Origin: an uncultured Ruminococcus sp.
GTDB lineage: Bacteria; Bacillota; Clostridia; Oscillospirales; Acutalibacteraceae
NCBI GenBank assembly: GCA_902801245.1
Contig: CADCHW010000001.1
Span: forward strand, 9,626 to 73,625
DNA length: 64,000 nucleotides
Reading direction: 5' to 3'
Part shown: positions 1-8,900 of the stretch, one piece after another
How the letters are laid out: each line of letters begins with the position of its first letter
Position numbering within the stretch: position 1 is the first letter of the stretch
Position numbers and translations under genes: made by a program
The notes under the pieces: generated by a model
Seen by the model: the letters and a program-made list of their open reading frames with translations, nothing else
What the model was told of the DNA's origin: nothing
Database searches by the model: none

Positions 1-346
1 GAAAGCCTGTAGGCATTATGCCAAGGCAACGGGGCGGAGAATTTCGTTTGAGTATGCGATGATAAGCGGAGTGAACGATTCAGATGAATGTGCGAGGGAG
101 CTTGCGAAAAGACTTAAAGGAATTTTGTGTCATGTGAATTTAATTCCCGTAAACTCTGTTGAGGGAACGGGATATATAAAGAGCAAAATCGAAAGGCAGA
201 AAGCCTTTATAAATATTCTCGGCAAGGCAGGAATAACGGCGACTGTAAGACGAACTCTCGGTTCGGATATCAACGCTTCCTGCGGTCAGCTGAGGAGAAA
301 TACGATTTCTTCAACAAAAACGAATCATAAGGCAAAGGAGGAGTAA
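1..346 (+). CDS. rlmN: RlmN-like radical-SAM rRNA/tRNA adenine-C2 methyltransferase, C-terminal fragment (5' end outside window)
   Basis: Frame open from window edge; [16 protein letters not shown]...NLIPVN...SCGQLRR resembles the RlmN/Cfr C-terminus; followed by prpC-prkC-rsgA as in Bacillus and Clostridia. Confidence 0.8.
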   Translation, partial: KACRHYAKATGRRISFEYAMISGVNDSDECARELAKRLKGILCHVNLIPVNSVEGTGYIKSKIERQKAFINILGKAGITATVRRTLGSDINASCGQLRRNTISSTKTNHKAKEE

Positions 347-348
347 AA

Positions 349-1080
349 TTGCAGATATTTTTTAAGACCGACGTTGGTCTGGTCAGAAGCTGTAACCAGG
401 ATTCCTGTCGTTACGGTAAAATATCGGATACCTGTGCATGGTCGGTGGTTTGCGACGGAATGGGTGGAGCAAACGGCGGCAGCGTGGCAAGTGCGGAAGC
501 GGTAGAAGAGATCAGCAGAATACTTTGTGAGGGATTTAGTTTTGATTTAACCGACAATCAGCTCAGAGAGCTTTTGGTTTCGGCGGTTCTGTCCGCAAAC
601 AGCAAGGTTTTCGCTATGTCTTGTGAACATGAAAATCTGAGAGGAATGGGAACAACCGTCGAACTTGCACTTATCAAGGATAATAAGCTTCACGTGGTTC
701 ATGCAGGTGACAGCAGAGTTTACCTTGTAAACGGCGGAAAAATTTCACAGGTTACGGTGGATCATTCTTTAGTGCAGCAGCTTGTTGACAGAGGTCAAAT
801 AACGCCCGAGGAGGCAAGAGTGCACCCAAGCAAGAACTTTATAACAAGAGCTTTGGGTGTTGAGGAGAAGCTTGATGTTGATTTTATTACAAGACCGTTT
901 GTATCGGGTGATATTTTGATTATGTGTACAGACGGACTGAGTAATTATTTTAATATAGACGAACTGCTTGAGGTTATCAATTCCACACCTCGCACAGAGC
1001 TTGCGGAACAGTTTGTGGAGCTTGCCAAAGAGCGTGGCGGAAGTGATAATATTACCGTGACGGTTTTGGTTAATGAGTAG
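349..1080 (+). CDS. prpC: PP2C-family Ser/Thr protein phosphatase
   Basis: TTG start about 8 nt after AGGAGG; PPM motifs DGMGG, TDGLSN, GGSDNITV; directly upstream of the PASTA kinase. Confidence 0.9.
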   Translation: MQIFFKTDVGLVRSCNQDSCRYGKISDTCAWSVVCDGMGGANGGSVASAEAVEEISRILCEGFSFDLTDNQLRELLVSAVLSANSKVFAMSCEHENLRGMGTTVELALIKDNKLHVVHAGDSRVYLVNGGKISQVTVDHSLVQQLVDRGQITPEEARVHPSKNFITRALGVEEKLDVDFITRPFVSGDILIMCTDGLSNYFNIDELLEVINSTPRTELAEQFVELAKERGGSDNITVTVLVNE

Positions 1081-1120
1081 TTAATGAGTATGAAAAGAAA
1101 AGGGAAAAGGAGAGAAAGTT

Positions 1121-3337
1121 ATGGCGGAGGATAAGTATGTAGGCAAAAGACTTGACGGTCGTTACGAAATCGGCGAAGTAATCGGCGAGGGCGGTATGGC
1201 TGTAGTTTACAGTGCCTGGGATATAGAAGATCAGATACCCGTTGCCATAAAAATTCTTAGAGATGAGTATTTGGGCAATGACGAATTCATAAGACGTTTT
1301 AAAGATGAATCAAAAGCAATTGCTGTTCTGTCGCACCAGAACATTGTAAAGGTTTACGACGTTAGCTTCGGCGACAGAATACAGTATATCGTAATGGAGT
1401 ACATTGACGGAATTACTCTCAAGGATTACATTGAGAAAAAAGGTCCGATAAATTGGAAAGAAACAATCCATTTTGTTCTGCAAATTTTAAAAGCACTCCA
1501 GCATGCACATGATAAGGGTATCATTCACCGTGATGTTAAACCTCAGAATATTATGCTTCTGGAGGACGGAACAATTAAAGTCACAGACTTTGGTATTGCT
1601 CGTTTTTCAAAGAACACAACAAAGTCAATGACTATGACTAATAAAGCTATCGGTTCGGTTCATTACATCTCACCCGAACAGGCAAGAGGAGAATCCACTG
1701 ATGCAAAATCCGATTTGTATTCTCTCGGGGTTATGATGTATGAGATGCTAACGGGCAAGCTTCCGTTTGATGCGGATAATGCGGTATCTGTTGCTATTAT
1801 GCAGCTTCAGTCCGACCCGGAGCCGCCCAGAAAGCTTAATCCGAAAATTCCTGTAGGTCTTGAAGAAATTATCATCAAGACTATGCAGAAAGAGCCTAAG
1901 AAGAGATATCGCTCGGCTGCCGAGATGTATAATGACTTGGTTAAGTTCAAGAAGAACCCGTCAATTAAGTTTAATTTCAACTATGACAATATTGACGCTG
2001 AGACTGTAAAGCCAAAGGTTAATACCGTAAAAAAGATTGAATCGGAAGCTCCCTATAAGGAAGAGGACGAATGGGACGATGACCCCGAGGAACAGAGATC
2101 CAGTCCTATCGTTCAGATTATCGGCGGTTCGGTTATAGCGTTTGTTGCGGTGTGTCTGGTGTTCTTGGTGCTTGCCGTGTTCAAAGGATTCAGCAGCAAC
2201 TCAACTACCGATGTTCTTGTTCCTAATCTTATAGGTCTTGACTTTAACACGGTCAATAAAGATAAGGTGACTTATAACTTTAAGTGGGACGTTACAAACG
2301 TTTACGATGTGGATAAGCCTATTGATATTATTCTGAGCCAGAATCCGCAGCCGAGTGAAAAGAAAATCAAAGAAGGTTCAACTATTCAGATTACAGTAAA
2401 TTCCGAGGAAACAACTTTGAATCTTCCGAGCGTTGACGGCAGAACCAAGGACGATGCAGTTCAGAAGATTAAGTCTGTAAACCTTGTTCCCGAAGTGCTT
2501 ATGGTTCTTGACAATCAAACAGCCGAGGGTTACGTTAAGCAGACATATCCGACAGCAGGAAGTAAGGTTACAATCGGTTCTTCGGTTAAAATTTACGTAA
2601 GCAAGAAAGCAGGCGAGGCAAGAGTTGAAGTGCCGAATCTTGTAGGACTTACCCTTTCGGAAGCACAGGCTAAACTTAAAGAGGTTAATCTTAATTACGA
2701 CGGTTATTCGTATATGCCGAGTACGGTCGCAAAGGATAAGATTGTTGCACAGAATCCGCTTCGTGGTGCTAAGGTAAATAAGGAAACCAACGTCAAAATA
2801 ATTCTTTCCGAAGGACCTCCGAGAAGCGTTTCTCTTACTCAAACAGTCGATTTGCCGGAAGATGTTGCGTCCTCGGTTAAATTTGAGGTTATTATTAACG
2901 GAGAAGTTGATGATACGTATACAAAGTCGATTGTTCCGAAGTATTCAAAGAACTTCACAGTTACAATTTCAAGAATGAGTACAGAGGGTTCGGTCAGAGT
3001 GGTTATCGCTCTTAACGACCAGACGTATCGTGTATATAATTTTGATTTCGCAAACAATGCAGTTGAAACTCTCGAAACGTATCCGTTCATTGCTCCCGAT
3101 TCGGATACCGATTCGGAGGTACAGTCGCAGGAAGAGAATGAAGAAGAAGAGGAAACAAGCTCACTGGAAGAAGAGGAAAATGATTCTTCATTTGAGCCTG
3201 AAGATAATGATAATGATTCTTCTTCGGAAATCACATCAAGCGAAGATTTAATAATTTCGAGCGAGCCTTCGTATGAGCCTGAAGACCCCGGAGATGAGCC
3301 CAGCTATTTCCCGAGTTACGATGACGAGGATTATTAA
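1121..3337 (+). CDS. prkC: PASTA-domain Ser/Thr protein kinase with acidic C-terminal tail
   Basis: Hanks motifs GEGGMAVVY, HRDVKPQN, DFGIA, SPEQ; one TM segment; three PASTA-like repeats (VPNLIGL, LPSVDG, VPNLVGL); D/E/S-rich tail. Confidence 0.92.
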   Translation: MAEDKYVGKRLDGRYEIGEVIGEGGMAVVYSAWDIEDQIPVAIKILRDEYLGNDEFIRRFKDESKAIAVLSHQNIVKVYDVSFGDRIQYIVMEYIDGITLKDYIEKKGPINWKETIHFVLQILKALQHAHDKGIIHRDVKPQNIMLLEDGTIKVTDFGIARFSKNTTKSMTMTNKAIGSVHYISPEQARGESTDAKSDLYSLGVMMYEMLTGKLPFDADNAVSVAIMQLQSDPEPPRKLNPKIPVGLEEIIIKTMQKEPKKRYRSAAEMYNDLVKFKKNPSIKFNFNYDNIDAETVKPKVNTVKKIESEAPYKEEDEWDDDPEEQRSSPIVQIIGGSVIAFVAVCLVFLVLAVFKGFSSNSTTDVLVPNLIGLDFNTVNKDKVTYNFKWDVTNVYDVDKPIDIILSQNPQPSEKKIKEGSTIQITVNSEETTLNLPSVDGRTKDDAVQKIKSVNLVPEVLMVLDNQTAEGYVKQTYPTAGSKVTIGSSVKIYVSKKAGEARVEVPNLVGLTLSEAQAKLKEVNLNYDGYSYMPSTVAKDKIVAQNPLRGAKVNKETNVKIILSEGPPRSVSLTQTVDLPEDVASSVKFEVIINGEVDDTYTKSIVPKYSKNFTVTISRMSTEGSVRVVIALNDQTYRVYNFDFANNAVETLETYPFIAPDSDTDSEVQSQEENEEEEETSSLEEEENDSSFEPEDNDNDSSSEITSSEDLIISSEPSYEPEDPGDEPSYFPSYDDEDY

Positions 3338-3339
3338 TA

Positions 3340-4224
3340 ATGGGCGGGGGTAAAACCCTTGACGGCATTATATTAAAATCTATCGGCGGTTTCTATTATG
3401 TAGAAGCCGCCGAAAACGTATATGAATGCAAGGCAAGGGGTAATTTCAGAAATAAAGGCTTTAAGCCCGTAGTCGGTGACAAGGTGAGAATTACCGTACC
3501 CGAAAGCGGTTACTGTGCGATTGAGGAGATTTACGAGCGTAAGAACAGTATAGTTCGCCCTCCGCTTGCGAATATAGATACACTTATTATTGTTGCTTCA
3601 ACTTGTGACCCTGCTCCGAATATGCTTGTTATCGATAAAATGACGGCTGCCGCTGTCATTAAAGATATTACACCTGTTATAGTATTTTCAAAATCCGATT
3701 TGAAGTCACCGCAAGAGTTTAAGAAAATCTATGATTTATCGGGAATTAAAACGGTTGAATTCTCAATTACCGATAACAGAGGACTTGAAGATGTCCGCAG
3801 TATCTTGTCCGGTAAAGTTACAGCTTTGACAGGTAATTCCGGTGTGGGGAAGTCCTCACTGTTAAATGCACTGTTTCCGGATTTGCAGCTTGATACGGGC
3901 GACATCAGCAAGAAGCTTGGTCGTGGCAGACATACAACCCGTTCTGTGGAGCTTTATAAATTCGGTGACGGTTACGTTGCCGATACTCCGGGATTTTCAA
4001 CTGTGGATTTGCAAAGATATGAGATTATCGAAAAGGAAAATTTGAAATTTGCGTTTCCGGAGTTTGAAGAATACCTCGGGCAGTGTCAATTCAATTCGTG
4101 CAATCATCTCTGTGAAAAAGGGTGTGCGGTGGTTGAAGCTGTCAAAGACGGTAAAATCAGTAAATCACGTCACGAAAGCTTTGTTGCTATGTATAACGAG
4201 GTAAAGGATTTGAAAAAATGGTAA
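3340..4224 (+). CDS. rsgA: Ribosome small-subunit-dependent GTPase A
   Basis: GNSGVGKSSLLN P-loop, DTPG, C-terminal Cys cluster CQFNSCNHLCEKGC; conserved position after prkC. Confidence 0.9.
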   Translation: MGGGKTLDGIILKSIGGFYYVEAAENVYECKARGNFRNKGFKPVVGDKVRITVPESGYCAIEEIYERKNSIVRPPLANIDTLIIVASTCDPAPNMLVIDKMTAAAVIKDITPVIVFSKSDLKSPQEFKKIYDLSGIKTVEFSITDNRGLEDVRSILSGKVTALTGNSGVGKSSLLNALFPDLQLDTGDISKKLGRGRHTTRSVELYKFGDGYVADTPGFSTVDLQRYEIIEKENLKFAFPEFEEYLGQCQFNSCNHLCEKGCAVVEAVKDGKISKSRHESFVAMYNEVKDLKKW

Positions 4225-4859
4225 ATTCAACTTCACGCTGTGTAATAATCTCCGCATCTCCCGAGCTTGACAGCGATTTTCTTAAAACTAAAATAACCTC
4301 AGATGATTATATTATCTGTGCGGACGGCGGTGCGGATAAGCTTATTCCGATTGGTATTGTTCCCGATTTGATTATAGGTGATTTTGATTCATCGGATAAT
4401 TACAAGTACTTCAAAGACAGTGAGGTAGTTACTTTGCAGGTTCAAAAAGACGATACCGACACTATGCACTGTGCCGCCGAAGCAGTTAAGCGTGGCTTTA
4501 AGGATATTGTTTTTTTCGGGGCGACAGGCGGCAGACTTGACCATACTTTGGCTAATTTATCGGTGCTTTTGTACCTTCAAAACAACGGTGCAAGAGGGAA
4601 AATTGTCGATAAATTCAATGAGATTTCTCTTTTGACTAATGGTGAAAACATTCTGAAAGATGTTCGTAAAAAGACAATTTCGGTTATGCCATTCGCTTGT
4701 TTTTCGGCAGTGCTTTCCTATGAGGGTATGTTTTATCCTATGGAAAACCAGACAGTCAATGCCGATTTTCCGTACACTATAAGCAATTCTGCGATAGATG
4801 ATGATGTCAAAATTTTTCTCCACAGCGGCACGGCACTTTTAATTATTGTAAATGATTAA
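4218..4859 (+). CDS. thiN: Thiamine diphosphokinase
   Basis: GDFDS and ATGGRLDH motifs; overlaps rsgA stop; same position as Bacillus yloS/thiN. Confidence 0.85.
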   Translation: MVNSTSRCVIISASPELDSDFLKTKITSDDYIICADGGADKLIPIGIVPDLIIGDFDSSDNYKYFKDSEVVTLQVQKDDTDTMHCAAEAVKRGFKDIVFFGATGGRLDHTLANLSVLLYLQNNGARGKIVDKFNEISLLTNGENILKDVRKKTISVMPFACFSAVLSYEGMFYPMENQTVNADFPYTISNSAIDDDVKIFLHSGTALLIIVND

Positions 4860-4923
4860 TCACACTTTTTCAAGTTTTGTATATTATGTAATAAAGCGAA
4901 ATTTGAAAAGGGGTTGAGGTAAA

Positions 4924-5073
4924 ATGTGCTGCAATAACTGCAAGTCGAAATGTGTGTTTGCCTTTGGACTGGGACTTATAGTCGGGTCGTTTTTTGAAAG
5001 CGGATTTACGGCTATTCTGGTAGGTGTTGCGATAGTAATTTTATCGTTCGCCCTGAAACGAAATTGCTGCTGA
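4924..5073 (+). CDS. Small (49 aa) hydrophobic protein with Cys-rich termini (MCCNNCKSKC...KRNCC)
   Basis: ATG preceded by GGGGTTGAGG at good spacing; below the ORF-track length cut-off; central hydrophobic stretch; no recognised family. Confidence 0.45.
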   Translation: MCCNNCKSKCVFAFGLGLIVGSFFESGFTAILVGVAIVILSFALKRNCC

Positions 5074-5104
5074 TTATTCAATATAATATGGGAGGAAAGA
5101 TTTT

Positions 5105-5197
5105 ATGAAATTCATTGTAATCGATAACCCGAAGTTTGTTGGATTTATTCTCAGGAGAATGTTTAAGATTAAGAAGATAAAAGAGGAAGTAACCTAA
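5105..5197 (+). CDS. spoVM: Stage V sporulation protein M (30 aa amphipathic peptide)
   Basis: GGGAGGAAAG RBS; MKFIVIDNPKFVGFILRRMF matches the B. subtilis SpoVM pattern MKFxxIxxPKFxGxIxRxM; located after thiN as in Bacillus; followed by a terminator. Confidence 0.7.
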   Translation: MKFIVIDNPKFVGFILRRMFKIKKIKEEVT

Positions 5198-5216
5198 TAG
5201 AATATAAAATTTACAT

Positions 5217-5240
5217 AAGGGGGGCGAAAGCCCTCCTTTT
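5217..5240 (+). terminator. Rho-independent terminator after spoVM
   Basis: AAGGGGGGC-GAAA-GCCCTCCTT hairpin followed by a T-run. Confidence 0.75.
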
Positions 5241-5267
5241 ATTATACTAGGGTTTGAAAAGATTTAT

Positions 5268-5518
5268 CATTTTAAAGTTTGGTCAAGCTTTTCAAAGCTT
5301 GCGGGGTGCAGGGGCAGAGCCCCGCTCGCTGACGAAACCAACTTGCAAAGAAAAGTAAACTACCCTCAGCGAAACTAAACAAACTATGCTTAGAAAATAA
5401 AAATAAAAACAAAAACATATATAAAAACGTATCTATCTGTACAAACCAACAAAGGCAACAGCGTAGCGAATTGCCGGTCGAAGAAAGAAATTGGACGATT
5501 TTAAATTCAACCGTACAG
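5268..5518 (+). repeat. Family A intergenic repeat, copy A1 (lacks the left terminal inverted repeat)
   Basis: Shares the ~115-nt core and the GGCAACAGCGTAGCGAATTGCCGG block with copies at 40027, 49742, 58250(-) and 60124; right end CAACCGTACAG. Confidence 0.85.
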
Positions 5519-5925
5519 GTAGAATAATTTACATAAGGGGACAAAAGCCCTCCTTGTATTGATTAATGATTTTAACGGTAAGTATTTTCAGATAAGAGAG
5601 AAAAACATTAAAATGATTAATTGTTAGTATATAATTTCTTCGGTGGGTTCGGTGGGTTTCTGGGTTTTTTATATTAATTGTTAAGAAAAAAATAAAAATT
5701 AAAAATATATAAGACTTATTGAAAAAGGGTGCGAACCCACCGAACCTACCGAGGGTAAGCCACTCTCAATATACAATGATTTTATAAAATTGTATATTTC
5801 AATATTTTTGTAAGATATTATAAATTTAAATGCAAATATTTTAAATTGTAATGATATATTGATTAGAAGAGTGAAAGGTGAATAAAGAGTTTAACTTAGG
5901 TTAGTGTAAATAGGGCATTGTACGC

Positions 5926-5954
5926 TTGAAATTTGGGGAGGTATGTGGTATAAT
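5926..5954 (+). promoter_or_regulatory. Sigma-A type promoter upstream of dnaE
   Basis: TTGAAA, 17 nt spacer, TATAAT, with TG two nt upstream of the -10. Confidence 0.6.
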
Positions 5955-5989
5955 TATAAAAAGTTGATACAAAAAGAAGTTGATAAAAT

Positions 5990-8900
5990 ATGTCATTTGT
6001 TCATTTACATCTTCACAGTGAATATTCTCTCCTTGACGGTGCCTGCCGTGTGAAAGACCTAGTTAAATCCGTTAAGGAAAAAGGTCAGACCGCTGTCGCT
6101 GTAACCGACCACGGCAATATGTTCGCTGCCGTTGATTTCTTTATTGAAGCAAAGAATGCAGGCATAAAGCCGATTATAGGCTGTGAAGTCTATGTCGCAA
6201 ACAGAACCCTGCACGATAAAACAGCCGAGCTTGATTCCCGTCCGTATCATATGATTTTGCTTTGCGAGAATATGACAGGCTACAGAAATTTAATAAAAAT
6301 GGTTTCAATCGCTTGGACAGAGGGTTTTTACCGTAAACCGAGAATTGACGATACTCTCCTTGAAAAGTATCACGAGGGTCTGATTTGCCTTTCGGCTTGC
6401 CTTGCAGGTGAGATTCCGAGGGCAATTGTCGCCGATGATATTAACGGTGCTTACGAGAAAGCAAAGTATTATAAAAATCTTTTCGGTGACGGTAATTTTT
6501 ATCTGGAGCTTCAAAATCATTTTATCAAGGAACAGACAATTGTAAATAATACTCTTATTAAAATGTCTGAGGATTTAAATATTCCGCTTGTCGCAACGAA
6601 TGATTGTCATTACATAGATAAAAAAGATTCCGAAACACATAATATTCTTATGTGTATACAAACCAACCATACGATAAACGACAACGACAGAATGGAGTTC
6701 CCCACAGATGAATTTTTCATAAAAACAGAAGTTGAAATGCGAGCGTTGTTTCCGAAAGCTCCGCAGGCTATTGAGAATACTCAGCTTATCGCCGATAGGT
6801 GCAATGTCGAGTTTGAGTTCGGAAATACAAAGCTTCCTCATTTTGACGTGCCGAACGGCGAAGACCATTTTGAATATTTTAAACGTCAGTGCTATGAGGG
6901 TTTGTATAAACATTACGGCAAGAATCCCGATGAATCCTTGATTGAACGTCTGGAGTATGAGCTTGACGTTGTTCGTACAATGGGGTATGTCGATTACTAT
7001 TTGATAGTGAATGATTTTATCCAATATGCAAAATCTCAGGGTATTCCTGTAGGTCCGGGACGTGGCTCGGGTGCAGGAAGTCTGGCGGCATATTGTATCG
7101 GTATCACGGGTATTGACCCTATAAAATATGATTTGATTTTTGAACGTTTTCTGAATCCCGAAAGAGTGAGTATGCCCGACTTTGACGTTGACTTCTGTAA
7201 AGACAGACGGCAGGAGGTTATAGATTACGTCATAAGAAAGTACGGCTCAGACCACGTTGCACAGATTATCGCTTTCGGTACAATGGCGGCTAGAGGTGCG
7301 ATACGTGATGTCGGAAGAGTTCTCGATATCCCGTACGGTACAGTCGATACTATAGCAAAGCTTGTACCGTTTGATATTGGAATGACTATCGATAAGGCAC
7401 TCTCAATTTCAAGCGAACTCAAAAGGCTTTACGATACAGACCCTCAGACAAAACGGCTAATAGATATGGCTAAAAATATTGAGGGTATGCCACGTCATGC
7501 GACCACTCATGCGGCAGGTGTCGTTATCACAAGAGATCCTGTTGATACATACGTTCCGCTTGCCAAAAATGACGAAGCAGTTGTCACACAGTACACAATG
7601 ACAAGGCTGGAGCAGCTGGGACTTCTGAAAATGGATTTTCTCGGACTTCGCAATCTCACCGTGCTGAACGATGCAAAAAATATGATTTTGCGTACACACC
7701 CAAATTTTAGTGATGATGACATTAACTACAGCGACAAGAACGTTTTTGAGATGATATCCCAAGGCTACACACAGGGTGTGTTTCAGTTTGAATCGGCAGG
7801 TATGACTAATGTTATTATGCAGCTGAAACCCGAAACGGTGGAAGATTTAATAGCCGTAATTTCATTGTACCGCCCGGGACCAATGGACTCAATTCCGACT
7901 TATATCGAAAACAGACATCACCCGGATAACGTAAAATATAAGCACCCGTTGCTTAAAAATATTTTGAATGTTACCTATGGCTGTATAGTATATCAAGAAC
8001 AGGTTATGCAGATTTTCAGAACGCTTGCAGGCTATTCTCTCGGTCGTGCGGATATCGTTCGCCGTGCAATGTCGAAAAAAAAGAAAGACGTTATGGAAAA
8101 GGAACGCAAGATTTTCATTTACGGTTATGTCAACGAAAACGGAAAAGTAGAGGTTGACGGCTGTGTTCGCAGAGGTGTTGACGAAAAGACCGCCGCCGAA
8201 ATTTTCGGTGAAATGGAAAGTTTTGCGTCATATGCGTTTAATAAATCTCATGCGGCTGCATATGCCACAGTTTCTTATATGACTGCTTGGTATAAATATC
8301 ATTTTCCTAAAGAATATATGGCGGCATTGCTCACAAGTCTTATAGAAAATTCGGGCAGACTTCCGCTTTATATCGAAGAGTGTTCACGGCTGAAAATAAA
8401 GGTTCTTCCGCCTCACGTGAATACAAGTAATTCCGGATTCACGGTATACGAAAATGATATTATTTTCGGTATGCAGGCAATTAAAAATCTCGGTTCGGCT
8501 GTTATCAATGAGATTGTCAAAGAGCGTGAAAAAGGCAAGTTTAAAAGTTTCTATGACTTTTGCAGCAGACTTTACGGCAAGGGTTTGAATGTCCGTGGTG
8601 TGGAAAGTCTTGTCAAGGCAGGAGCACTCGATAATCTCGGACTAAACAGGCGGCAAATGCTTTCGGGTGTTCGTCAGATTATGGACGGTATCGAAACTGA
8701 AAAACGTCAAAATCTTGAGGGGCAGATGTCTTTCTTTGAGGGTGACGGTGAAGAGGACGCAGGTGCTTTTGAAATTCCGAAAATGTCCGAGTTCCCGGTT
8801 CGTGACCTGCTTTCTATGGAAAAAGAAATGACGGGAATGTATCTTTCGGGACATCCTCTTATTGAAAATCAGGCATACATTAATTCCGTAAAGTGTGATA

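Noticed and set aside
2378-3234. Long antisense or alternate-frame ORFs inside well-supported genes (e.g. 2378-2842 and 2839-3234 minus in prkC, 8642-9262 minus in dnaE, 17419-18129 plus in the GTPase gene, 43370-43966 minus, 56156-56827 minus in panB, 57604-58119 minus in panD)
   Set aside because: They are shadow ORFs opposite or overlapping genes with clear family motifs. They have no RBS, and their compositions are low-complexity or Cys/Arg-rich as expected for out-of-frame translation.
5272-5544. ORFs running through family A copies (5272-5544 minus, 39925-40191 minus, 49664-49858 plus, 58249-58446 and 58394-58642 minus) as possible conserved small proteins
   Set aside because: The copies differ by indels that are not multiples of three. 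The ORFs lie on different strands and frames in different copies and have no RBS. The shared MQGQSPC-type start is followed by an early stop in A2 (the short copies have GTG there and also stop early). They are best explained as non-coding.
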